From contig CAVOXA010000004.1 of assembly GCA_963700285.1 (NCBI GenBank), forward strand, positions 1 to 64,000: 64,000 nt of DNA. Direction: 5' to 3'. Each line of letters starts with the position of its first letter. The first letter of the stretch is position 1. The notes under the pieces were generated by a model. The model was not told where the DNA came from and did not search any database. It worked only from the letters and a program-made list of their open reading frames with translations. Made by a program: the position numbers and the translations under genes. The stretch comes from an uncultured Chloroflexia bacterium (GTDB taxonomy: Bacteria > Chloroflexota > Anaerolineae > JAAYZQ01). Positions 21,763 through 32,145 of the stretch are shown in pieces.

Positions 21763-22209
21763 ATGCCTACCGTCTATACCATCGGAACCACACAGAAGCC
21801 CTTGGAGCAATTCATCCGCCTCCTGCAGGAAGCGGGCGTGGACGCCGTTGTCGACATTCGTCTGCGCAACACCTCCCAACTCGCCGGCTTTGCCAAGCGC
21901 GACGATCTCGCCTTTCTCCTGAGGGAGGGCTTTGGCATCGAATACGAGCACCGCCCCGAACTGGCCCCGACGCCCGAGATCCTGGAGGCTTACAAAAAAG
22001 CGGGCCAGGACTGGACCTCCTACGACGCCGCCTTCCTCCCCTTGCTGGAGGAGCGGGACGCTGCCGGCGTGGGACGCGAGATCTTGTCCCGCTACCGGCG
22101 CCCATGCTTGCTGTGCGCCGAGCCAACACCCGATCACTGCCACCGCCGTCTAGTCGCCGAGTGGTGGGCCAGGCGCCTGCCCGACTTGGAGATCGTCCAT
22201 TTGATCTAG
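21763..22209 (+). CDS. DUF488 family protein (second subclade)
   Basis: VYTIG..VDIRLRNTSQLAGFAKRDDL..LAPT..LLCAEPTPDHCHRRLVAE. Confidence 0.9.
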   Translation: MPTVYTIGTTQKPLEQFIRLLQEAGVDAVVDIRLRNTSQLAGFAKRDDLAFLLREGFGIEYEHRPELAPTPEILEAYKKAGQDWTSYDAAFLPLLEERDAAGVGREILSRYRRPCLLCAEPTPDHCHRRLVAEWWARRLPDLEIVHLI

Positions 22210-22291
22210 CCCGTACAGAACCACCGTGCCGCAGGGATGCGGTGCATCAAGGTCAGCGCGCGTCAAAGCCAACGCGCATCAGGAGACGCCC

Positions 22292-23017
22292 ATGCCCATC
22301 CAAGAAACCCTACTGCTGGCCGTGACCAGGATGCGTGGCGGTGTCTGTGTTGCTGGCATGACGACTGAGCCGGACCCCATCACGGGACTGCGCTGGGTGC
22401 GGCCCGCGCGCGACTTTGGCCACGTCCTTCTGGGCGACATCACCACCGCGCAAGGGGCGGTGCTCAGACCCTTCGACGTCGTGGCTTTCCATCTGCTGCA
22501 GCCCCAGCCGGAGCCCCCCCATACCGAGGACTGGGTCGCAGACTTTGTGCGCAGACGCCCCCAAGTTGTCCGCCGCCTGGAGGGTGAGCGTCGCACCCGG
22601 TTCTTGCGCCAGCACCTGGATACAGCTCCCCGGCAGGTCCTCGACAGCCAGCAGCGCTCCCTGTGCCTCGTCAAGCCCGGCAGCATCAGAGGCTGCTTCC
22701 GCCTGGACGCTTACAGCGGCAAATATCAGGCGCGGATGGCCTTTGAGGTAGCCGGCCGCGCCTACCGCGGGTCCCATGCCAAGGGCGGCCTGTCGGTCAC
22801 GGATCTAAAGTGGCGCGCCCTGGGCCGCGCCTGGCTGCCCGAGGATGGGGGCTGGACCGACTTTGACGCTCGGGACCTGGAGGCCCGCTACGGTATCCAG
22901 GAGGTCTACCTGGCCGTAGGCCTGACCCGCAGCTTTGAGGGCAAGTGCTGGCCCATCGTCATCGGCGTCCACACCGTGCCTGACTACGAGGCGGTCGTGG
23001 ATTATGACAATTTATGA
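22292..23017 (+). CDS. Dual OB-fold domain protein
   Basis: LAVTRMRGGVCVAG..WVRP..SLCLVKP..LSVTD..YLAVGLTR..CWPIVIGV pattern, typical of the dual-OB proteins that accompany DUF488 pairs. Confidence 0.7.
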   Translation: MPIQETLLLAVTRMRGGVCVAGMTTEPDPITGLRWVRPARDFGHVLLGDITTAQGAVLRPFDVVAFHLLQPQPEPPHTEDWVADFVRRRPQVVRRLEGERRTRFLRQHLDTAPRQVLDSQQRSLCLVKPGSIRGCFRLDAYSGKYQARMAFEVAGRAYRGSHAKGGLSVTDLKWRALGRAWLPEDGGWTDFDARDLEARYGIQEVYLAVGLTRSFEGKCWPIVIGVHTVPDYEAVVDYDNL

Positions 23018-23230
23018 GCCAGACTCGATCCAGCCGACATCTTTTCGTGCCAAGTATTCCGGGGCATTGTGTGCCACACTCCAGGTCAGAAACCCGCTCC
23101 TCGGGAGGCCGTCATCCTGAGCGCAGTTGAAGGATGACGGATGCCCCCCACTGGTTTACCCGCAGCGGAGCAAAGCACGTCCTGAGGCACATAGGGAATC
23201 TCGTCCGACAAACGACCAGGAGGCAACCGC

Positions 23231-26200
23231 ATGGCAGACAGCATCCTTTCCGATCTCAACCTGACCCCGGCCGAGGTACCCAACCTGCCCGCCCAGGCGC
23301 GCAGATCCCTCATCAGCTACCTCATCCGTTGGCAGCACGATGAGGCGGCCCGCCGCTGCCTGCAGCAGCTCCTGGTCACCCACAGCCGCCAGGTCACCGT
23401 CTACGACAGCCTGGCCCGCGTGTACCTGGCCGAGGGCAGAGGCGACCTGGCGCTGGAGATCATGCGCCGGCGCCACGCCCTGAGCGCCTCAAACTCTTCG
23501 CGGGCGCTGGAGGCGCGCGCGCACCTGGCCGCCGGGGATCTGGCTGCGGCGCAGGACATCGCCACAGAACTGACCGAGCAGCACCCCGACCTGCTCACCG
23601 GCTGGAGCCTGCTGGCCGACCTACGGATGGCCTCCGGGGATGCGACAGGCGCCGAGGCCGCCATCCGCCAGCGCGAATCGCTGCGGCCCGACACCGCCGC
23701 CACAGCGGCCCACATGGCGCGGCTGTGGCAGTCAAAGGGGGATGACAACAGGGCCATCCTCTGGGCGCGAACGGCGCTGGCCCGCTCGGAGCGCGACCAG
23801 CGCCCCGCCTCCCTGGACCTGCTGCGCCAACTGGAAAGCCTCTATCGCGCCACAGGCCAAACGGCGCAGGCCGGGGACACCGCGGACCACCTGGCACAAC
23901 GCCGCGCACAGGAACTGGAAGAATTGCGCCGGGCGCTGGCCCCGGACGCTGACAGCGAGGAGAGCCTGCCCCAAGTCCAGCCCGCCGCTGCGACCCCTAG
24001 CCCACCGCCCGCGCCGTCCAGGCAACCGCTGCCCGCGACCCCTGCGCCGGCGCCCGTGGCTATGGCCCCGGATCTGCTGACCGGCGCCGTAGACCTCAGC
24101 GAGGAGGAGCAGCAAAAGCTGGACAAAGCGCTCCGCCGCGACTTTCCCCACGACGGTTTCCGGCCGGGCCAGGCCGACGTCGTCGCCGCCGTCCTGCGAG
24201 GCGAGAGCGTCCTGGCCGTGATGCCCACCGGCGCGGGCAAATCTCTGTGCTACCAATTGGCCGCGCTGCAACTGCCGGGCACGACCCTGGTCATCTCGCC
24301 CCTCATCGCCCTCATGAAGGACCAGTTGGACGGCCTGCCCGCCAGCGTCGCCCGCCAGGCCACCACCCTGAACAGCAGCCTGGATGGCGCCGAGTTGGGC
24401 GCCCGGCTCGACCGCGCCGCCGGTGGCGGCTACAAGTTGCTCTACGCCGCCCCCGAGCGCCTGCGCCAGCGTCCCTTTCTGCACGCCCTGAATCGGGCCG
24501 GTGTCTCGCTGCTGGTCGTAGACGAGGCCCACTGCGTCAGCCTCTGGGGCCACGATTTTCGCCCCGACTATCACTTTATCGTCAAAGCCTGGCAGGAGCT
24601 GGGGCAGCCGCCCATCCTGGGCATGACCGCCACGGCCACCCCCCGCGTCCGCGACGACGTCCAGAACGCCCTGGGCCAGATGCGCCTCATCACCTCCGAC
24701 GTGCATCGCCCCAACCTGCGCCTGGAGGCGCGGCAGTTCTCCAAGGACGCTCAGAAGGACCAGGCCCTGGTGGCGCTGTGCCGCGAGATGGCGGGCAGCG
24801 GCATTGTCTATGCCACGGCACGCAAGACGTGTGAGGATCTGGCCCAGATGCTCAAGCGGAACGGCGTGGACGCTATCCACTACCATGGCCGCATCGGGGA
24901 CCGGGCCGCCGTCCAGGATCGCTTTATGAGCGGCCAAGCCCGCGTCGTCGTGGCCACCATCGCCTTTGGCATGGGCGTGGACAAGGCCGACGTACGCTTT
25001 ATCGTTCATTACAACCCGCCCAGAACTCTGGAGAACTATTACCAGGAGGCGGGCCGCGCCGGGCGCGATGGGCTGCCGGCCCGCTGCATCCTTTTCTACT
25101 CGCCATCCGACAAAATGATCCTGACCCGCTGGACCCGCGAGGATGCGCTGGACGCCGGGCTGCTGCGCGCCGTCTACTCGTCGCTGAAACTGCGGCTGGG
25201 CGCCGGCGGCACCGGGCTGGTGACGGTGGGCGACCTGGAACGCGATGTAGGGGCCGACGATACCAAGGTGCGCGTCGCCGTTCATTTTCTGGAGATGGCG
25301 GGGCTGCTGTGGCGTGGCTTTGACCTGCCCCGCAGCGCGTCCCTGACCCTCTGCCGCCCTGCCAACGGCGAGGAGCCCGAACTCGCCCGGTTCGTGGAGG
25401 CCGCCCGTCTGCGGCCCGACCAACAGGTCTCTCGCGATCTGCTGGACCTGAGCCGCGAAACCGGTATGGACCCGCGGACCATCGAGGCCCAGGTGTTGAG
25501 CTGGCAGGAGGCCGGCTGGCTGCGCTACCGGGGCACCGGCCGGGACATGCTGCTGGTCCTGCCCCCGGCGCCGGCCGGCTCCCGGCAGCGCGTAGCGGCC
25601 ATGCTGGCCGAATACCGCGCCGGGCAGGAGGGCCGTCTGGCCGAGATCATGGCCTATGCCCGAACGCAGAGCTGCCGCCACGGAGCCATCAGCGCCTATT
25701 TCGGCGGGCGGACCATCGAACGCTGCCAGTCCTGCGACAACTGCCTGGGCACTGCCGCCCCCGCCGCCCGGTCTTCCCGCTCTCCTCGCTCTTCCCGGCC
25801 GGCGCGGTCGATCCCGCAGCAGGACCTGTCCGGCCCGGCGGCGATCCTGGTTCTGCAGGGTGTGGCCCAACTGCCCTACTCCATGGGCCGCTCGGGCCTG
25901 GCCAAGGCCCTGCAGGGCGCCGGCAGCAGCTCGCTCAAGGCCGATCGCTTCCCGCAATTCGGGGCCCTGTCCGGCTGGACGCAAAAGGCCATCAGCGAGT
26001 TGATCGTGCAGATGGAGGAGGAAGGCCTGCTGGACGCCTTTGAAAAGGGTGACTACCGGCTACTGCGTCTCTCGGACGCAGGCCGCGCCCAACTGAAATC
26101 CCAACCTGAGCCAACAGGCGCCCCTGCTCCGGTGCCACCGCCTTCCAGGTCCAAGGGTCCCGGGACTGGGCGCAAGCAAGCCATACCGGCCCCCGATGAG

Positions 26201-26446
26201 ACGCCGGTGGACTTTGATCAGGCGCTCTATGAGCGGCTGCGGGCCTGGCGCCTAGAGACAGCCAGGGTGAGCGGCAACGCTCCCTACGTCATCTTTCACG
26301 ACAAGGCGCTGAAGCGGATCGCGGCCAACCGCCCGGCCAACCTGGAAGAGTTGGCCGCCATCAAGGGCATCGGCCCCGCCAAACTCGAGCGATACGGCCA
26401 GAGCGTCCTGGCCATCCTAGGGGGCCAGGAGACTGCTGGTTTATAG
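23231..26446 (+). CDS. RecQ-family helicase with N-terminal TPR-like region, RQC and HRDC domains
   Basis: MPTGAGKS, DEAHCVS.WGHDFRPDY, TATA, QEAGRAGRDG, CRH..CQSCDNC and HRDC (APYVIFHDKAL..GIGPAKLERYG). First ~235 aa are helical repeats. Confidence 0.92.
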   Translation: MADSILSDLNLTPAEVPNLPAQARRSLISYLIRWQHDEAARRCLQQLLVTHSRQVTVYDSLARVYLAEGRGDLALEIMRRRHALSASNSSRALEARAHLAAGDLAAAQDIATELTEQHPDLLTGWSLLADLRMASGDATGAEAAIRQRESLRPDTAATAAHMARLWQSKGDDNRAILWARTALARSERDQRPASLDLLRQLESLYRATGQTAQAGDTADHLAQRRAQELEELRRALAPDADSEESLPQVQPAAATPSPPPAPSRQPLPATPAPAPVAMAPDLLTGAVDLSEEEQQKLDKALRRDFPHDGFRPGQADVVAAVLRGESVLAVMPTGAGKSLCYQLAALQLPGTTLVISPLIALMKDQLDGLPASVARQATTLNSSLDGAELGARLDRAAGGGYKLLYAAPERLRQRPFLHALNRAGVSLLVVDEAHCVSLWGHDFRPDYHFIVKAWQELGQPPILGMTATATPRVRDDVQNALGQMRLITSDVHRPNLRLEARQFSKDAQKDQALVALCREMAGSGIVYATARKTCEDLAQMLKRNGVDAIHYHGRIGDRAAVQDRFMSGQARVVVATIAFGMGVDKADVRFIVHYNPPRTLENYYQEAGRAGRDGLPARCILFYSPSDKMILTRWTREDALDAGLLRAVYSSLKLRLGAGGTGLVTVGDLERDVGADDTKVRVAVHFLEMAGLLWRGFDLPRSASLTLCRPANGEEPELARFVEAARLRPDQQVSRDLLDLSRETGMDPRTIEAQVLSWQEAGWLRYRGTGRDMLLVLPPAPAGSRQRVAAMLAEYRAGQEGRLAEIMAYARTQSCRHGAISAYFGGRTIERCQSCDNCLGTAAPAARSSRSPRSSRPARSIPQQDLSGPAAILVLQGVAQLPYSMGRSGLAKALQGAGSSSLKADRFPQFGALSGWTQKAISELIVQMEEEGLLDAFEKGDYRLLRLSDAGRAQLKSQPEPTGAPAPVPPPSRSKGPGTGRKQAIPAPDETPVDFDQALYERLRAWRLETARVSGNAPYVIFHDKALKRIAANRPANLEELAAIKGIGPAKLERYGQSVLAILGGQETAGL

Positions 26447-26717
26447 TACGCGCTTGTTCGCGTTGTGGATGCATGGGATGCCGTGGCTAGCGGCGAGGAT
26501 CCTTTGCGCATCAAGGCCATCCCGACCATAGATATCTCACCGCCTGCACCCGGTACTGACCATGCAGGACAGGGTACACGACAGATCTTGGATACCGGGC
26601 TTGGCCCGCTGGCCAGGACATCGTTTGACAGACCGGCCGAGAGCATTTATACTCTATCGGACGAAGGAGCAGGTCAGTTCTTGTACGCGCAATGGCCGTG
26701 ATCGAGGAGACAGCTTT

Positions 26718-28301
26718 GTGACCGAGTTCTTGACCATAGAGAGCATCGTCGTTGCTATGGTTCTGTTGACAACGCTGGTGGCCATTGGCGCCCGCCGCCT
26801 CCGGCTGCCTTACACCGTGAGCCTGGTGGTGATGGGCTTGTTGATCGCCCTCGTAACGTCCCTGGAGCTTGAGGCGACACCTGATCTGATCCTCGCCATC
26901 TTTGTCCCACCCCTGGTTTTTGAGGCCGCTTTCCACCTCGAGCTGAAGCAACTGCGCGAGAGCCTGGTTCCCATCCTGTTCCTGGCTGTACCCGGTGTGC
27001 TGTTGACCACAGCCATGGTCGGCGGCATGACGGCCCTGGGCGCGGGTGTGGCCATTGGCACAGCGGCCGTCTTTGGGGCGCTCATCGCTGCTACGGACCC
27101 GGTCGCTGTCGTCTCCCTGTTTCGCGCGCTGGGTGTGCCGCGGAAACTGGCCTTGACTGTCGAGGGCGAGAGCCTGTTCAACGACGGGACGGCCATTGTG
27201 ATCTTTCGCATTGCCCTGGTTGCGGTACTGACAGGAACCTTTGATCCGCTGACCGGGCTCCTTGACTTTGTCCGCGTTTCCCTGGGAGGGATTGCCGTCG
27301 GACTGGTATTGGGCTGGGTGACGGCCCAGCTCGTGGCCCGGCTCCACGATCGCCTCATCGTGACTTCGCTGACGACGATACTGGCTTTCGGTTCCTATCT
27401 CGCCGCCGAGCAGTTCCACGTCAGCGGGGTGCTGTCGGTGGTAATGGCCGGTCTATTGGTCGGCAACGTGGGCATGGCCGGGGCAGCGCCCTCGACCAAG
27501 CTCATGATCCTGAACCTCTGGGAGTACCTGGCCTTTTTGGCCAACTCGATGGTCTTTTTGCTCATCGGCTTGAGCATCGACCTGACCCTTCTCTGGGAGA
27601 ACCTGGACGCCCTTGTGGTGGCCGTGGTGGCGGTGGTCGGCAGCCGGGCCATCATCGTCTATGGTTTCTCCTGGCTGGCGCACCTGTGGCGCAGGCAAGC
27701 CTATTTTCCTCCCAATTGGCGACACGTACTGTTCTGGGGCGGCCTGCGTGGCGCCATCAGCCTGGCGCTGGCCCTGAGTTTGCCGGTGACGATGCCGGGC
27801 CGAAGCGAACTGCAGGCAATGGCCTTTGGCGTGGTGCTGTTCACCCTCTTGGCCCAGGGCACCACGATCCAATTCTTACTGGAGCGCCTTGGTCTGACCA
27901 AGCGGTCGCCTCACTGGGTTGCCCGCGAGAGGAGGCTGGGCCGGCTGTTCGCCACCCGGGCCGGCTTGCGCCGGCTGGAGGAGCTGCATCGGGAAGGGCT
28001 GCTTCCCGACGAGATGTGGGTTGGTCTGAAGAAGGGATACGACCACGACCGCAAGCAGATCCAACAAGAGATGAGTGAACTGTTCCGAGAGTACACTGAT
28101 CTGGAAGGTGAAATGCTGTTCCAGGCCCGGCGAGAGGCACTGCAGGCCGAACGGGGAGCGCTGTGGGAGGCTCACCAGCGAAGCCTGCTTTCAGGTCCCG
28201 TGTACGAGGAGCTGTCGGCCAAGATCGACTACCGGTTGGAGGCCCTCGATCTTATCTACGGCACAACGCATGAGCATCAATCTGACACGTACGAGGTGTG
28301 A
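26718..28301 (+). CDS. CPA1-family Na+/H+ antiporter
   Basis: ATDPVAV, EGESLFNDG and WGGLRGAISLALAL motifs; many TM helices. Confidence 0.93.
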   Translation: MTEFLTIESIVVAMVLLTTLVAIGARRLRLPYTVSLVVMGLLIALVTSLELEATPDLILAIFVPPLVFEAAFHLELKQLRESLVPILFLAVPGVLLTTAMVGGMTALGAGVAIGTAAVFGALIAATDPVAVVSLFRALGVPRKLALTVEGESLFNDGTAIVIFRIALVAVLTGTFDPLTGLLDFVRVSLGGIAVGLVLGWVTAQLVARLHDRLIVTSLTTILAFGSYLAAEQFHVSGVLSVVMAGLLVGNVGMAGAAPSTKLMILNLWEYLAFLANSMVFLLIGLSIDLTLLWENLDALVVAVVAVVGSRAIIVYGFSWLAHLWRRQAYFPPNWRHVLFWGGLRGAISLALALSLPVTMPGRSELQAMAFGVVLFTLLAQGTTIQFLLERLGLTKRSPHWVARERRLGRLFATRAGLRRLEELHREGLLPDEMWVGLKKGYDHDRKQIQQEMSELFREYTDLEGEMLFQARREALQAERGALWEAHQRSLLSGPVYEELSAKIDYRLEALDLIYGTTHEHQSDTYEV

Positions 28302-28304
28302 ACC

Positions 28305-28745
28305 ATGGGACCGATTGTGTGCGCCACGCGCGGGGGCGAGGCTGGCCGCCGCACCCAGGAACGCGCCATTGCCCTGGCCAAAGAGCGAGGGAGCAAGCTA
28401 CTATTCTTGTGTGTCTTTGACCCTGGTTTTGCCGGGCATCTGAACAGATCCCTGTTTGCTGCCGTTGAAGAGGAGCAGCAGTGGCTGGGCAGGGCACTTC
28501 TGAGTGTCGCCCAAGCTCGCGCTCGACAGCAGGGCGTGGAAGCTGGCGCCGTGGTTCTCAGCGGCCCGGTGCTGGCCAGCATTGAAGAGTTCTTGTGCGA
28601 GTCTGGGGCCCCCACACTGGTCATCGGCGAGGCCAAGGTCGACTCACCTCTGGCTGCCTTTCGCCAAGGCACGGTCCAGAGCTGCGCTAGACATGTCGAG
28701 CAGAACACGAGTGTCGAAGTGGTCATAGTCAGCGCAGCAGAGTGA
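28305..28745 (+). CDS. Universal stress protein
   Basis: IVCATRGGE..AIALAKE..LVIG, USP fold pattern. Confidence 0.8.
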   Translation: MGPIVCATRGGEAGRRTQERAIALAKERGSKLLFLCVFDPGFAGHLNRSLFAAVEEEQQWLGRALLSVAQARARQQGVEAGAVVLSGPVLASIEEFLCESGAPTLVIGEAKVDSPLAAFRQGTVQSCARHVEQNTSVEVVIVSAAE

Positions 28746-29044
28746 TGCGCTAGGAAACAAGGCGGCCCGGGGAAGCGGCGCAAAACAGAGATTGGCGTGG
28801 CCTGGTGATCCCATTCGTTTTGACTGTCGGGCAAACCGCTGTATAATCCGTAGACTTGCAGTACCCGTTCGTAGTAGGCACTTCAGTGCCTTTCTTTCTG
28901 GCATTCTTGCGCGTATCAGGGCGCTGAAGCATGTCCTGAGCCCTGGAAGGGCGCCCACTACGAACCTTCGTTGCCGTCTACAGATATGTAGTTCGCTCGT
29001 GGGTACTCTCTTGGCTGAGCGTAGAGATCTGGAGGGAGGAGTAC

Positions 29045-29656
29045 ATGGCTTTTCCTGACCCGTTTTACCGCTGGCGACCTCATCCCTGGCATGGTCTGGA
29101 GGTCGGCCCTGAGCCACCCCGGATCGTGCACGCCTACATCGAGATCACGCCCTTCGACCTGGTCAAGTACGAGATAGACAAGGTCACCGGCTACATGCGC
29201 GTTGACCGGCCGCAGCGCACCTCCTCACAGCCCCCTACCCTGTACGGGTTCATTCCCCGCACCTACTGTGGCCGCAGAGTGCATGGCTTGTCCCCTGACG
29301 CTGAGCGCGGCGATGCCGATCCGCTGGACATCTGTGTCATCAGTGAAAGGCCACTCAACCGCACTGAGGTGATCCTGACCGCTCGGGTGGTCGGCGGGAT
29401 CCAGGCCATCGATGGCGGAGAGGCTGACGACAAGATCGTCGCCGTGCTGGACAATGACGAGTTCTGGAGGGACGTTGAGGACATTTCGCAGGTACCCGAC
29501 ATCCTGGTCGAGCGGCTGCGGCACTACTTTAGTACCTACAAGATGATGCCCGGAGGGACATCTCAGATGTCCATCAAGAACGTCTACGACCGCGAGTATG
29601 CTCTACGAGTGGTGGCAGCGGCGATGGAGGACTATGGCGATGCCTACGGGGTCTAG
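29045..29656 (+). CDS. ppa: Inorganic pyrophosphatase
   Basis: [32 protein letters not shown]. Confidence 0.93.
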   Translation: MAFPDPFYRWRPHPWHGLEVGPEPPRIVHAYIEITPFDLVKYEIDKVTGYMRVDRPQRTSSQPPTLYGFIPRTYCGRRVHGLSPDAERGDADPLDICVISERPLNRTEVILTARVVGGIQAIDGGEADDKIVAVLDNDEFWRDVEDISQVPDILVERLRHYFSTYKMMPGGTSQMSIKNVYDREYALRVVAAAMEDYGDAYGV

Positions 29657-29752
29657 CCCGACCATTTGGAGACCTTCCAGCTTTGCGACACAGAGTCTGC
29701 TCAAGGGTGCTGGTGGTCAATCCGCAAACCGGTTCCCGTGTTCATAGCGCTC

Positions 29753-30865
29753 TTATCCATGTCTGGATGAACGGACTTGCTTGAAATCAATATAACCCCG
29801 CTCAACGTTTGTAGCAATCAACTGCACACGCACCCGGTCACCGACATCCAGGCCACTGAACCCCTGCACAAGTTTGCTTTCAACCGGCACATGGAGAAGC
29901 CGAACCCAGGTGCCCTTTGACGAAGCGCCAGTGACAATCGAATCAAACTGCTCCCCTATTCTAGATTCAAGCAGAAGCGCGGCAGCGGATTTGCCGACTT
30001 GACGTTCGACCTTGTTGGCAGCATCCTCTGCCTCGGTGAGATGTTTCGCCAGGACGCCCAGTTCATCATACATGAAATCCTCGATGAGCTCCGTGGCGCG
30101 GTTCTTTTCCTCCACCTCGAGATCGCGGATTTGATCGCCAGCAAAGACCGGTTTCGCCTCAATGGTTTCCAGACTGAGCGCCCCGTGGGCATGCCGGAGA
30201 TTTCTCATCCTTTGTGCTATCCTGTCCTGCAGGCGCAGATTCTCAGCCAATCCTTCCACGGCAGCGACCGCCTCCGGCATCGGGCCATTCTCTTCCAGCC
30301 AGACTGCCACGCGGTTATAGGCGAGCTGGGCATGATTGCGGACCCGCGCCCGATAGATATCCGAGGCCTGCAGGGATCCGTCCGCGCCAATCACCATTTC
30401 AATGACAATCGCCAGGCGATCCTCATCAAGGTTCAGTGAGGTGAGGTTGGTGGACAGCTTTTCAGGCAGCATCGGGAAAATCATGGCCGCGGTATAAACC
30501 GAGGTCGTGTTATGGCGAGCGTATTCGTCAAGAGCTGAGCCCTTTTTGACGAGCGAGTCTACATCCGCCAAGGCAGCCAGGATCTTGGCTGTGTCGCCTG
30601 GCAGTACCTCGGCCACGGTCAACTGATCGAGGTCGCGAGAGTCATCGTTGTCAATGGAGGCCCACAGAAGGTCCCTCAGATCGCGTACACGATGGTCCTT
30701 ACCGTCTGGCTCACCGTTCATTGCTGCGGGCGCCTGAATCCTGCCAAGTTCGGCAAGTGCTTTGGCAGAAAAGTCAGGGAGCAAGCCCCTGTCGATCATC
30801 GCCCTGTGGGCGAGGCTCTGCAAAATAGCGCGGTGCTCTTTATCATGGGATTGTGTTTGTGTCAC
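29753..30865 (-). pseudogene. RNB-domain (RNase II/R-like) nuclease with an in-frame internal deletion
   Basis: Catalytic SIDNDDSRDLDQ and C-terminal S1 domain are present, but LIEDFM joins directly to YDELGVLAKH. The HFGL..YTH.T.P.RRY.D RNB motif is missing. Confidence 0.7.
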
Positions 30866-31101
30866 GGGAGTACCTCCGGTCCTATTGATTCGAGTACTAC
30901 CCATCGCGTATCAGTCCCGAACACCAAGTCGTAGTACTCTCGGTAGTCGTGCCAATTTGGCCGCCCCAGTTAGCACATACGGGAGGCGCACCTCCGTCAA
31001 ACGACAGGAGGCGCCCCCTGGAACATGGAACCTTCCAGGCGACACCACCTCCCCGTTGGCCAACATCACCCAGGTGAATGACACAGGACTCCCGGTGGTG
31101 G

Positions 31102-31209
31102 GTGCTGTGGGACAAACACCGACAGGTGAGCAAGCCTGTCGCCTACAACGGAATCAGACTTTCACCGATAGACTCCAGTGTGCCAAACGTGTACAATCTT
31201 GAGTGATGG
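31102..31209 (+). promoter_or_regulatory. Conserved promoter/operator module, copy 1
   Basis: TGTGGG-N6-CCGACA, CCTACA and ATCAG-N7-CCGAT elements followed by TAGACT-17-TACAAT. Confidence 0.75.
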
Positions 31210-31248
31210 GCAAGCTCAAGGGCAGCTTATTCGAAGGAGGGTCACAGG

Positions 31249-31302
31249 ATGAATAAGGACATTTTCGAAGGCAAGTGGAAGGAAATGCGAGGCCAGGTCA
31301 CA
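31249..31302 (+). pseudogene. CsbD-family 5' fragment
   Basis: MNKDIFEGKWKEMRGQV after GGAGG, then an abrupt junction. Confidence 0.7.
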
Positions 31303-31329
31303 GGTTACACGCGATGTTGCGGCGGAGCG

Positions 31330-31708
31330 GCGGCTTCGCTCGGCCCTGGTCACACAGATCGTTTTGGCCATTCTGGGGTTACTGGAGATTCTGCTGGGGC
31401 TCCGCTTCCTATTGAAACTGATTGCGGCCAACCCGAACAGCGGTTTCGCCGTTTTCATTTATGGAATTACCAAGCCGTTCCTTGCGCCGTTCACGGCGTT
31501 GGTCGGGACGCCCACATCCGGTGGAACGATCCTCGTAGTGACGACACTCATTGCCATGGCGGTCTATGCGCTGCTCTTTTGGTTTATCGTTCGCGTGGTC
31601 CGAATTGCCACGAATCGTCCGAGCGCTCGCACATCCACACGCTCGACGCGTGAGCAGATGCCGGGCGGCGGCGAGGAACGCACGACACACGCCACCACTC
31701 GCGGCTAA
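31330..31708 (+). pseudogene. YggT-like membrane protein lacking its start
   Basis: ILGLLEILLGLRFLLKLIAANP.SGF..FIY.IT.PF..PF motif. Confidence 0.6.
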
Positions 31709-31750
31709 CGCTGTCAAAGCGACTAATTGAGTAAACAAGGAGAAGACAGA

Positions 31751-32101
31751 ATGGACAATCATTACCAGGAAAACGGGAACAACGCCAAGTATGTATGGGG
31801 CTTTTGGGCCGGACTGCTGGTGAGTGGCCTGGCTGGCGCGGGGGCGATGCTCTTGCTGGCGCCGCAATCGGGGAAAAAGACACGCGCCCAAATCCGGCAG
31901 ACAAGCACTGAACTGCGCGATCAGACGGTCAAAACCGTGGAAGACGCGGTGGCGCAGGCCCGCGGCAAAGCCCACCAGATCGCGGACGACGTGCACGAGC
32001 AGGCTGGAGAACTACAACAACGCGGTCAGGATATGCTCGACGAGCAAAGGGGCCATTTGTCCAAAACCCTCAAAGACGCGGGAAAGGCAGTCGAAGCCTA
32101 G
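31751..32101 (+). CDS. YtxH-domain general stress protein
   Basis: GLLVSGLAGAGAMLLLAPQSGKKTR followed by a helical tail. Confidence 0.88.
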   Translation: MDNHYQENGNNAKYVWGFWAGLLVSGLAGAGAMLLLAPQSGKKTRAQIRQTSTELRDQTVKTVEDAVAQARGKAHQIADDVHEQAGELQQRGQDMLDEQRGHLSKTLKDAGKAVEA

Positions 32102-32145
32102 CCACGGTGAGTCTGCGTGGGAGCGTAGTCTGTAAGGGAGTTAGC

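Noticed and set aside
23732-25984. Long antisense ORFs (750 aa here; also 41841-43862 and 11456-12829)
   Set aside because: Shadow frames of GC-rich genes on the opposite strand with no recognisable motifs.
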